In this document: positions 43,997-53,911 of the stretch, piece by piece
Layout of the letters: each line of letters opens with the position of its first letter
How positions within the stretch are numbered: position 1 is the first letter of the stretch
Made by a program: the position numbers and the translations under genes
The notes under the pieces: model-generated
What the model was told of the DNA's origin: nothing
The model's database searches: none
The model's input: the letters and a program-made list of their open reading frames with translations, nothing else
Assembly (NCBI GenBank): GCA_965221385.1
Contig: OZ244885.1
Coordinates: forward strand, 2,177,334 to 2,241,333
Origin: Dehalococcoidia bacterium
GTDB taxonomy: Bacteria > Chloroflexota > Dehalococcoidia > Lucifugimonadales > UBA3495
Direction of reading: 5' to 3'
Length of the DNA stretch: 64,000 nucleotides

Positions 43997-44545
43997 CTAA
44001 TCTACGATTTCAGCCTTGGCGCCCTCCGGCAGTTCCACCTCGAAGGCGGTCAGAATCTGGCCCACCAGCAGGTAGTGGCCGATGAGGCCGGTGATGTCCA
44101 CCGTGTTCTGGGTGCCGAACCGCTCCATGACCGCGTTGAAGGTGGCGTCGCTGATCTTGCGGTTCTGGAGCAACTCCTGGACGTATTTCACCACCAGGGC
44201 TTCGTCGCCGGTCAGGCCGGCGGGAGCCGTGCCGCGGGCGATGGCGCCGATGGTATCCTCGGTGACGCCGTGACCCCGGGCCAGGCGAGCGTGGGCGGCG
44301 AATTCGTACTGGTTGCGAATTTCCCGGGCCGTGGCGATGATTATCACTTCCTTCAGCGCTTCGGGAATGTCGAAGTCGAAGCGGACGTAGGTTCCGGTGT
44401 GGGCCACCCGGGCCGCCAGCTTGGGGCTGTGCAGCAGGACGCCGTAGGGTCCGCGGACGCTGCCCCGGCTGCCCACGATTTCATCGAAAAAGTGCTGGTC
44501 CTCGGTGTTGAGCTCTTCCCTGGTGACATTGGCTAGTCGCGCCAT
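43997..44545 (-). CDS. carboxymuconolactone decarboxylase (AhpD-like) family protein
   Basis: Two CMD-type helical repeats (..EVIIIATAREIRNQYEFAAH..). AAGGAGA RBS. Confidence 0.75.
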   Translation of the reverse strand: MARLANVTREELNTEDQHFFDEIVGSRGSVRGPYGVLLHSPKLAARVAHTGTYVRFDFDIPEALKEVIIIATAREIRNQYEFAAHARLARGHGVTEDTIGAIARGTAPAGLTGDEALVVKYVQELLQNRKISDATFNAVMERFGTQNTVDITGLIGHYLLVGQILTAFEVELPEGAKAEIVD

Positions 44546-44653
44546 CTTTACATTCTCCTTGCAGCGATTCTGAATTCAATCATCTTTCAGTCTTCGACCA
44601 ATTTCAAGGGTTAAACCGCCCCGACAGGACGGCCTGGCTACGGGCGTTGGGGG

Positions 44654-45508
44654 CTATGGGAATTCCAGGTCCAGGCTGATGTCAAGGGCCTGGGTGGAGT
44701 GGGTCAGCCCTCCGATGGAGATCAGGTGGACGCCCGTTTCCGCCACGGCCCGCACCGTTTCCGAGTTGATGCCCCCGGAAGCCTCCACCACCGCCCGGTC
44801 GCCGATGATATTCATGGCTTCCTGCATCATGGGGACGGGCATGTTGTCCAGCATGATGATATGCGCCCCGGCGTCCAGGGCATCGCGGACACCCTCCAGC
44901 GATTCCACTTCCACCTCCACCTTGATGGTGTGGGATGCCCGTTCCAGGGCCAACTGCACCACCTGCCGCAGCCCCATTTCCCTCGATGCCAGGGCCTCCA
45001 GGTGATTGTCCTTTATCAATATACCATCTGCCAGGTTCAGCCGGTGATTGTGGCCGCCGCCCATCCGTACCGAGTACTTGTCCAGGTAGCGGTGGCCCGG
45101 CGCCGTCTTGCGGGTATCGACTATTCTGGCCCGGCAACCCTCGATGGCCCGCACATACCGGTTGGTATCGCTGGCAATGCCGCTCATGCGCTGCATGAAG
45201 TTCAGGGCAATCCGTTCCGCCCGCAGAATGCTGCCAGCCGAGCCCTCCACCCGGGCAATGTCATCGCCGGGCGCCAGGGCATCGCCGTCTGCCAACAGGG
45301 GCTGGTAGGCGAGGTCGGGGTCAACCCGATGGAAGACGGCCCCGGTCACATCCAGCCCGGACAGCACTCCGGTCGCCTTGGCCCGCAGCATTCCCACACC
45401 GACGACCTCCGGGGGTATGAGCAGGCCGGTAGTGGGGTCGTTGAAGGTCTCGTCCTCGGTGAGGGCCGCGTCGATGAGGCTGAACACCTCCGGGGGCAAT
45501 TGGCTCAT
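44654..45508 (-). CDS. nadC: nicotinate-nucleotide diphosphorylase (quinolinate phosphoribosyltransferase)
   Basis: Full-length NadC-like sequence (..RTALNFLQ-type ..ERIALNFMQRMSGIA..DTRKT.PG.R..). Its start abuts the nadB stop. Confidence 0.9.
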   Translation of the reverse strand: MSQLPPEVFSLIDAALTEDETFNDPTTGLLIPPEVVGVGMLRAKATGVLSGLDVTGAVFHRVDPDLAYQPLLADGDALAPGDDIARVEGSAGSILRAERIALNFMQRMSGIASDTNRYVRAIEGCRARIVDTRKTAPGHRYLDKYSVRMGGGHNHRLNLADGILIKDNHLEALASREMGLRQVVQLALERASHTIKVEVEVESLEGVRDALDAGAHIIMLDNMPVPMMQEAMNIIGDRAVVEASGGINSETVRAVAETGVHLISIGGLTHSTQALDISLDLEFP

Positions 45509-45509
45509 G

Positions 45510-47066
45510 CTAAACCTCCTCCTGGGTCAATGCCACGTGGGTTTCCCAGGCCGGGCTGGAATCGGGGAAGTCCTCCCGGAAATGGGAACCCCGGCTTTCC
45601 TGGCGCAGCAGCGCCGACTCGGTCATCAGCCGGGCCAACAGGACCAAGTTTCCCAATTCCCAGGACTGTCGGTCGGTGGGCGCCGGCAACATACGCTGCC
45701 ACAGGTTGAGGATACGCGCCGTCAGCAGCAGCCGGCTACCGTTGCGGTTGATGCCCACATTTCGCCATGTCAGGTCCTGCAGGTTTTCCAGGCTGGGACA
45801 GGGCATGGTGGCACAAACGGGCGCCCGTTGGGGAACTGGCCGCAATACCAGGTTCTCATCGTTTGCGTGGGACACTTCCGGGGCCTGTCCCAGGCTGCTT
45901 TCAACCAGCCGGCGGGCGAACACCAGGGTGTCCAGCAGGGAGTTGCTGGCCAGGCGATTGGCCCCGTGGACGGCGGAACAGGCGGCTTCCCCGCAGGCGT
46001 ACAGGCCGGGCACATTGGTGCGGCCCCAAGTATCGATTCGGATGCCCCCCATCATGTAGTGGGCGGCGGGGGCCACCGGCGCCGGTTCCCGGGTGATGTC
46101 CAGTCCGTAGTCCAGGCAGAAACGGTAGATGGTGGGAAAGCGGCCCTGGATCACGTCGCTGGAAAGGTGGGAAATGTCCAGGAACACGGCGTCTCCGTCC
46201 TCCCTTTCCATTTCCGAGGCAATGGCCCGCGACACCACGTCCCTGGGGGCCAGGTCGGCCAGGGGGTGGTAGTCGGCCATGAAGGCCCTTCCCTGGCCGT
46301 TTCGCAGCACCGCGCCTTCGCCCCGCATAGCCTCGGACAGCAGGAAGGTGGGCGCCCCCTGCAGCCTCAGGGCAGTGGGGTGAAACTGGTAGAACTCCAT
46401 GTCCATCACCTGGGCGCCAGCCATAAAGGCCAGGGCCACGCCATCGCCGGTCGCCACTTCCGGATTGGTGGTGTACTTGAACAGCCGGCCGGCGCCGCCC
46501 GTTCCCACGACGATGTGGCGGCCCCGGTAAATTTCCCGCTCTCCCGTTTCGCAGTTGAGGGTTTCCACGGCGCAGGCCCGGCCATCTTCCACCACTAGGC
46601 GGGTGGCCAGGGTGAATTCCAGAACCTGGATGTCGGATTCGGCAACCCGATCGGCCAGGGCCAATTCGATGTGCTGGCCCGTAGCGTCGCCGCCGGCATG
46701 TAAGATTCGGGGACGGCTGTGGGCGCCCTCCATGCCCAGGGAAATCTCCCCGTGCATCGTGTCGAAGGGGACACCCCACTGGATGAGATTGGCAACCCGC
46801 TGGGGTCCCTCGCTGGTCAGGACTTCCACCGCCTCACGGTCGCAGAGACCGGCGCCAGCGGTCAGCGTGTCCTGCATGTGCAGGGTGGGGGTATCCCCGG
46901 CGCCGATGGCCGCGGCTATGCCGCCCTGGGCGTAGCGGGTGTTGCAGTCGTCCACCCGCCCCTTGGTGAGGATCAGGGTGGAACCATGCTCGCGGGCCAG
47001 CAGGGCGGTGTTCAGACCGGCGATGCCGCTGCCGATGATTATGTAGTCGTAGATGCTGTCCGGCAT
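45510..47066 (-). CDS. nadB: L-aspartate oxidase
   Basis: DYIIIGSGIAGL FAD motif and ..YAQGGIAA.. over a 518-aa NadB-like length. Confidence 0.9.
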   Translation of the reverse strand: MPDSIYDYIIIGSGIAGLNTALLAREHGSTLILTKGRVDDCNTRYAQGGIAAAIGAGDTPTLHMQDTLTAGAGLCDREAVEVLTSEGPQRVANLIQWGVPFDTMHGEISLGMEGAHSRPRILHAGGDATGQHIELALADRVAESDIQVLEFTLATRLVVEDGRACAVETLNCETGEREIYRGRHIVVGTGGAGRLFKYTTNPEVATGDGVALAFMAGAQVMDMEFYQFHPTALRLQGAPTFLLSEAMRGEGAVLRNGQGRAFMADYHPLADLAPRDVVSRAIASEMEREDGDAVFLDISHLSSDVIQGRFPTIYRFCLDYGLDITREPAPVAPAAHYMMGGIRIDTWGRTNVPGLYACGEAACSAVHGANRLASNSLLDTLVFARRLVESSLGQAPEVSHANDENLVLRPVPQRAPVCATMPCPSLENLQDLTWRNVGINRNGSRLLLTARILNLWQRMLPAPTDRQSWELGNLVLLARLMTESALLRQESRGSHFREDFPDSSPAWETHVALTQEEV

Positions 47067-47144
47067 GGAAGCGCACTACAGGAAGGCTGGATAAGCGTCT
47101 GGCGGGGTCGGCACGGATGCCAGACTGGGTGAAGCCGGCAGGGT

Positions 47145-48038
47145 TTACTGGCTGTCGGCGGGCTGGTCGAATCCCAGGTCCAGGTCCCGCAGAAACTCCT
47201 CGATGTTGGTGGCGAGGGGCGGCGGAGGCGGTTCCCCCTGCCTCTGCTCCCGGTCGTAGTGTTCCTCCAGTTGCTGCAGGAGGGAGGATACATCCTCGCC
47301 CTCGTCGCGCACCATGTCGGCGATGGAATCGTACTGTTCCCGTCCCCGCTCCGGTTCGATGAGCCGGTCCGGGAGATTGTACTGGGTACAGAGAAGCTCC
47401 ATCAGGCGGGCGGTGCCCATCAGGTCCTCATCCACCTGGAAGTACTGGGGCAGGTGGACCACGAAGGTGCGGGTCTCAATGCCTTCCCTGGCGGCTTCCT
47501 GGGGGATAAGGTAGGTGATGGTGGATGGCCCTTCGTAGTCGCTGGCGCGAACCCGGAATTGTTGCTGCTCCTCCTCCAGTTTGCCGCCCACCCCTGAGCC
47601 GGAAACCAGCAGGGGGCGGGTGTGGGGAACCATGTCGTACATGGCCCCCACCAGGGAGTAGCGTTTCACGCCCATGTGGTCCAGCAGTTCCAGCATGGCA
47701 TCGGCGTAGTCCTCGCCGTAGAGGTGAGGTTCCAGCAGGTGGGCCAGCAGCAGGTCGGGCCCTTCCTCCCGTTCCACGTACCGGACTATGGTATTGGGGA
47801 TGGACACTTCCCGCTTGCCCTGGTTGAAGTAGGAACGCGGGCGGTAACGGGTGAAGTCGTAGAAGAGCCCGGGCCGGTGTAGGCGGCCCAACTCCTTGGC
47901 ATGAAGGTGCCGTTCGATGCGACCCAGGCTGAGACTGCCCACCCGTCCCACGTCGATCCAGGGCCTCAGGACTGCCACCAAGTGGGGGTCTTTGAGTTCG
48001 GGAAGGGGTTCGTTGAGTTCGAATTCACCAAGTCTCAT
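47145..48038 (-). CDS. PAC2 (proteasome assembly chaperone 2-like) family protein
   Basis: ..LKDPHLVAVLRPWIDVGRVGS.. has an N-terminal pattern typical of bacterial PAC2 proteins. Acidic tail. Confidence 0.6.
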   Translation of the reverse strand: MRLGEFELNEPLPELKDPHLVAVLRPWIDVGRVGSLSLGRIERHLHAKELGRLHRPGLFYDFTRYRPRSYFNQGKREVSIPNTIVRYVEREEGPDLLLAHLLEPHLYGEDYADAMLELLDHMGVKRYSLVGAMYDMVPHTRPLLVSGSGVGGKLEEEQQQFRVRASDYEGPSTITYLIPQEAAREGIETRTFVVHLPQYFQVDEDLMGTARLMELLCTQYNLPDRLIEPERGREQYDSIADMVRDEGEDVSSLLQQLEEHYDREQRQGEPPPPPLATNIEEFLRDLDLGFDQPADSQ

Positions 48039-48250
48039 GGCCTATAGTTTGACAGCGACAGGTTCCATTTACAAGTCCTTCCTGTTCCGGCAACTGCGCC
48101 CCTGCCCTCAACGGGCGCTGGGCCGACCACTTGCTTAACGGCCGGCTTGCCCAATTGGAAGGGGGGTGGGATACTGTAGCCCTTTGCGCCAAGCTCCCAA
48201 AGGTGCAGTTGAGATGCGCGAGAGGATTACTGCTTTGAAGGATTTTTGCC

Positions 48251-49252
48251 ATGAAAGTTGTTGACGTCCACAGCCACATTGTCCCCGACTGCTTCTGGAA
48301 TGCCAATGATGAGAGGGGCGACTGGTATGGGGCCAGCCTGTTCACCCGAAACGACATTCTGTACATCAACGCCATGAACCGGGTGGCTGGCCCCATCGAC
48401 GAGAAATGGCGGTTCACACCAGAACAGCGGGTGGCCTTCATGGATGGCCAGGGGGTAGATGTCCATGTCCTGTCGGTGGCGCCCTATCTGACCAACTACC
48501 ACCTGGAGCCTGGGGAGGGCCTGGCCTCGGCCCGCGAATTGAATGATGGTATTGCCGAGTTCGCCCGCGCCCGCCCCGACCGCTTCATCGGGCTGGGCAC
48601 CGTTCCCATGCAGGACACGGCGGCGGCCGTTGGCGAACTGGAGCGGTGCATGGGCGACCTGGGCCTCGCCGGCCTGGAACTCAACACCAACATGGAGGGC
48701 TGCAACTGGGACGAGGAAAGGTTCCTGCCCTTCTTCCAGGCGGCGGAGCGGTCGGGAGCCTTCCTCTTCTTTCATCCCCACAACCCGGCCGGGTCCGACC
48801 GGGCCAGCCGCTACTACCTGTCCAACTTGATCAGTTTCCCCCTGGACACCACCATCGCCATCGCCTCGTTCATCTTTGGCGGTGTGCTGGATAAGTGCCC
48901 CAACCTGAAACTCTGCTTCTCCCACGGAGGTGGGTACGCCTGCTTTGGCATTGGCCGCATGGACTTTGGCGCTGAGGTTCGCCCGGAACCCAAGGTGAAC
49001 CAGTTGAAGGGTATGCCCAGCGACTACCTGCAAACCCTTTACTATGACAGCATTACCCATAGCGACGAGGCCCTGAAGTACCTGGTTGACCGGGTGGGCG
49101 CCGACCGGGTGATGCTGGGCGATGATTTCCCCTTCGACATGGGCCCGCCGGACCCAGTGGCCTGGCTGAAGTCGCTGAACCACCTGAACGATTTTGAGAA
49201 GCGGCGCATCCTGGGGGAGAACGCCCAGGAGGTGTTCGGGTTGGAGGGTTAG
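48251..49252 (+). CDS. amidohydrolase-2 family (ACMSD-like decarboxylase/hydratase)
   Basis: MKVVDVHSHIVP.. metal-binding HxH, then ..FHPH.. and ..D.PF.. motifs. Confidence 0.75.
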   Translation: MKVVDVHSHIVPDCFWNANDERGDWYGASLFTRNDILYINAMNRVAGPIDEKWRFTPEQRVAFMDGQGVDVHVLSVAPYLTNYHLEPGEGLASARELNDGIAEFARARPDRFIGLGTVPMQDTAAAVGELERCMGDLGLAGLELNTNMEGCNWDEERFLPFFQAAERSGAFLFFHPHNPAGSDRASRYYLSNLISFPLDTTIAIASFIFGGVLDKCPNLKLCFSHGGGYACFGIGRMDFGAEVRPEPKVNQLKGMPSDYLQTLYYDSITHSDEALKYLVDRVGADRVMLGDDFPFDMGPPDPVAWLKSLNHLNDFEKRRILGENAQEVFGLEG

Positions 49253-49282
49253 GTGGCTCCAGGCAGGGGAACATCCACCATT

Positions 49283-49428
49283 GTCATTCCGAGCGCCAAA
49301 GGCGTCGAGGAATCCCAACGGTGCGGGGAAGTCATCATGCCTATGCCCAGCCCCCCAAGTCTGTCATTCCGAGCGACAGCCGAGGAATCCCAACGGTGTG
49401 GGGGTCGAGGCGTTAGGTTGGGAATGAC
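49283..49428. repeat. Family-A locus A7: two forward units (80-bp spacing) plus a partial reverse core
   Basis: Cores at 49283 (identical over 40 nt to the A2 arm) and 49363. GTTAGGTTGGGAATGAC at 49412-49428. Confidence 0.9.
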
Positions 49429-49533
49429 AGCTGTCTCTACTGCCATTGCCCTGCCGATTTGACCCAGCATCTGAAACCTGGGCGGCAGACTTGAAGCAGA
49501 AGCAATTGCGATCCAACAGCAGGAGGGTATGCC

Positions 49534-50988
49534 ATGCCAGCCAGAACCGGAGCGGAATACCTGGAACGCCTGCGGGAATCCTCACCCGAAATCTACCTGG
49601 AAGGCCAGCGGATCCAAGACCCCACTTCCCACCCCACCCTGGCCAACGGCGCCCGTACCCTGGCCTCCCTCTATGACCTCCAACACGACCCGGAAGTCGG
49701 GCCGGAGATGACCTTCCCCTCGCCCTCCACCGGAGACCCGGTGGGGTTGTCCTTCATCATACCCAAGTCCGGTGATGACCTGGCCCGCCGAGGCGCCATG
49801 ATGCGCCACTGGGCAAAAATTACCCGCGGTATGATGGGTCGAACCCCTGACTTCCTCAACGTGGCGGTCATGTCCATGGCGGCGGCCAGCGACTTCTGCG
49901 GGCAGAACCGGTCGGAGTTCAAGCAGAACATCGAAAACTACTTCGAGTACATCCGGGAGAACGACCTGACCCTGACCCATACCCTGGTCAATCTTCAGCG
50001 TAGCCGCAACCCGGTGGGCACGGCCCTGGAGGACCGGACCGACGTGGCCCTGTCCGTGGTCAAGGAAACTGACGCCGGCATCATCGTCAACGGGGCGCGG
50101 GTGCTGGCCACCCTCGGCCCTCTTTCCGACGAGATCATCGTCTATCCGGCCCGCACCCACCGGCTGCCGGGAAATGCGGGTGAGCGGTATGCCTTTGGAT
50201 TCGCCCTGCCCTGCAACACCCCCGGCATGAAGTTCATGTGCCGGGAGAGCTTCGACCTGGGCCGCTCCCACTTCGACCATCCCCTGGGGTCCCGCTTTGA
50301 GGAAATGGACGCGGTGGTTTTCTTCGACAACGTGCTGGTGCCCTGGGAGCGGGTATTCCTGCTGGGCGACGTGCACCTGGCCAACACCTGGGCCGAGGCC
50401 ACCAACCGCAACGCCCACACCGGTCACCAGGTGGTCACCAAAAACGTGGTGAAGTGCGAGTATATGCTGGGCCTGGCCAACCTGATGACCCATACTTTGG
50501 GCTCCACCCAGTTGCAGCAGGTGCAGCAGATGGTGGCCGAGATAATCCAGAACCTGGAAATTACCCGCGCCCTGCTGAAAACTGCCGAGTCCGAGGCTGA
50601 GATTGACCAGTGGGGCGTGATGTGCCCGCCCTATATGCCCCTGCTGGTGGCCCGCAGTCTGTTCATTCAGATGTACCCCCGCATGGCCGAGATTCTGCAC
50701 TTCCTGGGTTCCAGCAGCCTGATGGCCCTGCCCACCGAGGCCGACCTGAACGGTCCCCTGGGGGAGGACATCCGACGGTACCTGGATACCGACACGGCCA
50801 CCGCCGAGGAGCGGGTGCGCCTGTTCCGCCTGGCCTGGGATACCTGTTGCAGTTCCTTTGCCTCCCGGCAGGTGCTGTACGAGCGGTACTTCGGTGGCGA
50901 CCACATTCGCAACGCCGCCGTCCTCTACAGCCTCTACGACAAGGAACCGGCCACCGAGTGGGTGCGGGAGTTCCTGGAGATGGAATAG
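49534..50988 (+). CDS. 4-hydroxyphenylacetate 3-monooxygenase oxygenase-component family (HpaB-like, FADH2-dependent)
   Basis: 484 aa. N-terminus ..RTGAEYLERLR....IYL.G..I.D is typical of HpaB. AGGAGGG RBS. Confidence 0.8.
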   Translation: MPARTGAEYLERLRESSPEIYLEGQRIQDPTSHPTLANGARTLASLYDLQHDPEVGPEMTFPSPSTGDPVGLSFIIPKSGDDLARRGAMMRHWAKITRGMMGRTPDFLNVAVMSMAAASDFCGQNRSEFKQNIENYFEYIRENDLTLTHTLVNLQRSRNPVGTALEDRTDVALSVVKETDAGIIVNGARVLATLGPLSDEIIVYPARTHRLPGNAGERYAFGFALPCNTPGMKFMCRESFDLGRSHFDHPLGSRFEEMDAVVFFDNVLVPWERVFLLGDVHLANTWAEATNRNAHTGHQVVTKNVVKCEYMLGLANLMTHTLGSTQLQQVQQMVAEIIQNLEITRALLKTAESEAEIDQWGVMCPPYMPLLVARSLFIQMYPRMAEILHFLGSSSLMALPTEADLNGPLGEDIRRYLDTDTATAEERVRLFRLAWDTCCSSFASRQVLYERYFGGDHIRNAAVLYSLYDKEPATEWVREFLEME

Positions 50989-51401
50989 GGGTTGGAGTCG
51001 GTTCCCAATGGTTGGGCGGGTCTGCGGCCACTCGTCCCTGCCTAACCGAATGGCCCGTTTAGTCCGTCGGGTCGGGAGCCGAAAGTGGTCTCCCTGGCCC
51101 ATGTTCTCATTGCACTGCCCCCATCTATCATCCGGGTACCGTCCATCCCTGACCGTCCCTGCTGGTGGCAGTCGCGGCGGCCGGTTGCCGCGGGTTTGTG
51201 GCGTCCCTGCTGCAAAGGCTGTCGTGGGCCGTTGGTGACTTGCCATAAATCCGGTCTCGTGGCCAGTGCGCCGGTCAACCGGCCAAAATTCTCCCATTGC
51301 CCTGTCCCGATTGTGTAGCATCCGATTGCTATGCAACATATAATCTACAAACGTAAAGTCGAAATTTGAAGAGAAGCCGACAAAGCCGGTCAATTCGTGC
51401 C

Positions 51402-51431
51402 GTTAGGAATCCTCGGCAAGCACGGAATGAT
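51402..51431. repeat. Family-A solitary reverse-type core (degenerate)
   Basis: GTTAGGAATCCTCGGCAAGCACGGAATGAT. Confidence 0.6.
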
Positions 51432-51492
51432 AGTTGTCCCATCTGTCCTATATTTCCGAAGTTGACATAGCGCCGAGCGCCGGAGGTTATTG

Positions 51493-53346
51493 ATGCCCTA
51501 CCTGCCTATTGAAGACTATGGAATCATCGGCAACATGCACACCGTGGCGTTGGTTGGGACGAACGGGTCAATTGACTGGTTCTGCTCCCCCAACTTCGAC
51601 TCGCCCAGCGTGTTTGCTGCCATCCTGGATGAGCAGAAGGGGGGATATTTCAAGATCTCTCCGGTGTTCCAGTCCGAGGAAGTTACCACCAAGCAGATGT
51701 ATTGGCCGGAAACAAATGTCCTGGTAACCCGCTTCCTGTCGCCGGAAGGGGTGGCCGAGGTGATTGACTTCATGCCCGTGGGTGAGCACCACGCCCAGCA
51801 CAACCACAACGAACTGATCCGCCGGGTCAACGTGGTGCGAGGCAGCATGGCATTTCGTATGGAGTGCTTTCCCGCCTTCAACTTTGCCCGCAACAGCCAC
51901 GAAATCCACCTGAACGGGGATGGCGCGGACCTGGTTTCCGAAGGCATTACCATCCGCCTCACCTGCTCCACGCCCCTGGAGCGCCAGGGGGACGGGGTAG
52001 TCTCGGAATTCACCCTCCACGAAGGGCAGGTCGCCACCTTTGCCCTGGACGAAACCAGCAACAACGTGGGGGTTTCCCATCCCTTCAGTGAGGAGGAGAG
52101 CGAACGGCTCTTCAACGATACGGTGGCCTACTGGCGCAATTGGCTGTCCCAGTGCACCTACCGGGGCCGGTGGCGTGAGATGGTTCACCGGTCCGCCCTG
52201 GTGTTGAAATTGCTCACCTACGACCCCACGGGCGCCATCGTTGCCGCTCCCACCTGCAGCCTGCCCGAAGACCTGGGGGGCGTCCGCAATTGGGACTACC
52301 GCTACACCTGGATCCGGGATGCGGCGTTCACGCTGTACGCCCTGCTGCGAATCGGGTTCACCGAGGAAGCCACCAAGTTCATGAAGTTCATAGAGGCCCG
52401 GGCCAGCGAACTGAACCCCGATGGTTCCCTGCAGATAATGTACGGCATAGACGGCCGCCACGAACTTACCGAGGAGAACCTGTGGCACCTGGAGGGTTAC
52501 CGGGGGTCGGTTCCCGTCCGCATCGGCAACGGAGCCTACGACCAACTGCAGTTGGACATCTACGGCGAACTGATGGATTCGGTTTACATCTACAACCGCC
52601 ACGCCGAACCCATATCCTTTGACTTCTGGTTGCACCTCCGCCGCCTAACCGATTGGGTGGTGGAGAATTGGCGTCGGGAAGACGAGGGGATATGGGAGGT
52701 AAGGGGAGGACGCAAGCACTTCGTCTATTCCAAGCTGATGTGCTGGGTGGCGGTGGACCGGGCCATCCGCCTGGCCGAGACCCGCTCTTTCCCCGCCGAC
52801 CGGCAAAGATGGGAAGAGGCCCGGGATGCCATCTACGAGGAGATCATGGAGCGGGGCTGGAACGAAGAACTCCAGGCCTTCGTCCAGTCCTACGACAGCG
52901 ATTGCCTGGACGCCTCATGCCTGCTGATGCCCCTGGTGTTCTTCGTGGCGCCCTCGGACCCCCGGATACTGACGACGGTGGAGGCCATCAACCGCTCGCC
53001 TGAGAAGGGGGGCCTGGTCTCCAACAGCCTGGTCTATCGCTACAACCTGGAGTCCTCGCCCGATGGGTTGATGGGCTACGAGGGTTCCTTCAATATGTGC
53101 ACCTTCTGGCTGGTGGAGGCCATGAGCCGGGCTGGCAGGTTCGACCCCGATTGCCTGGACCAGGCGCGGCTTATCTTCGAGAAGATGTTGAGCTACGCCA
53201 ACCACCTGGGGTTGTATGCGGAGGAAACGGGGCATAGCGGGGAGAGTCTGGGCAACTTCCCCCAGGCCTTCACCCACCTGGCCCTGATCAGCGCCGCCTG
53301 CAACCTGGACCGGGACATAGACACGGCGGGAAAGGTGGACTGGTAG
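51493..53346 (+). CDS. glycoside hydrolase family 15 (glucoamylase/trehalase-like)
   Basis: ..[38 protein letters not shown].. is typical of GH15. GGAGG RBS. Confidence 0.85.
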   Translation: MPYLPIEDYGIIGNMHTVALVGTNGSIDWFCSPNFDSPSVFAAILDEQKGGYFKISPVFQSEEVTTKQMYWPETNVLVTRFLSPEGVAEVIDFMPVGEHHAQHNHNELIRRVNVVRGSMAFRMECFPAFNFARNSHEIHLNGDGADLVSEGITIRLTCSTPLERQGDGVVSEFTLHEGQVATFALDETSNNVGVSHPFSEEESERLFNDTVAYWRNWLSQCTYRGRWREMVHRSALVLKLLTYDPTGAIVAAPTCSLPEDLGGVRNWDYRYTWIRDAAFTLYALLRIGFTEEATKFMKFIEARASELNPDGSLQIMYGIDGRHELTEENLWHLEGYRGSVPVRIGNGAYDQLQLDIYGELMDSVYIYNRHAEPISFDFWLHLRRLTDWVVENWRREDEGIWEVRGGRKHFVYSKLMCWVAVDRAIRLAETRSFPADRQRWEEARDAIYEEIMERGWNEELQAFVQSYDSDCLDASCLLMPLVFFVAPSDPRILTTVEAINRSPEKGGLVSNSLVYRYNLESSPDGLMGYEGSFNMCTFWLVEAMSRAGRFDPDCLDQARLIFEKMLSYANHLGLYAEETGHSGESLGNFPQAFTHLALISAACNLDRDIDTAGKVDW

Positions 53347-53384
53347 CCGGTGGCAAGGCGTTTCCCGGTGCACCGCAACCCAGG

Positions 53385-53849
53385 CCTGTCGCTCGGAGTG
53401 ACAGACAAGAGGGGCAGCATAACTATTACGTCGAGAAAGGAACCGTAGGGGCGCACAGCCGTTCGCCCCTACCCCCATTAACCATTTTTCCCTCCACAGA
53501 CCCCCCTTCCTGCTCATTCCGAGCGACAGACTAGGAATCCCAACCGCACCCTTCAACCACGCCACCTACCCAAAACCATCCATGACTGTCATTCCGAGCG
53601 GCAGCCGAGGAATCCAAACCGCGCCCTTCAGCCATGCCACCTACCCAAAACCATCCATGCCTGTTATTCCGAGCAGCAGCGGAGGAATCCCAACCGTGGG
53701 GATCAAACCGGGCTTTCTACCCTGAAACGCCTTGGCCCCGCACGGTTGGGATTCCTCGACTTTCGCTCGGAATGACAAACGGGGGGCTGGGCATAACAAT
53801 GATGGTTCCATCCCCACGGTTGGGATTCCTCGACTGTCGCTCGGAATGA
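53385..53849. repeat. Family-A array A9: reverse half-core, embedded Family-B palindrome, three forward and two reverse units (74-75 bp spacing)
   Basis: Forward cores at 53513, 53588 and 53662. Reverse cores at 53744-53775 and 53818-53849. Confidence 0.9.
53445..53472. repeat. Family-B palindrome (one arm mismatch)
   Basis: GTAGGGGCGCAC-AGCC-GTTCGCCCCTAC. Lies 99 nt past the GH15 stop. Confidence 0.85.
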
Positions 53850-53911
53850 CAAGGACGGCGGCGGGAATGACCACCGTCCCCCTACCCGGTTACACCTTGC
53901 TTGCCTGAACC

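Noticed and set aside
49582-51393. 603-aa ORF on the minus strand
   Set aside because: It is antisense to the well-supported HpaB-like gene. It has no motifs and extends into non-coding DNA. This is a high-GC antisense artefact.
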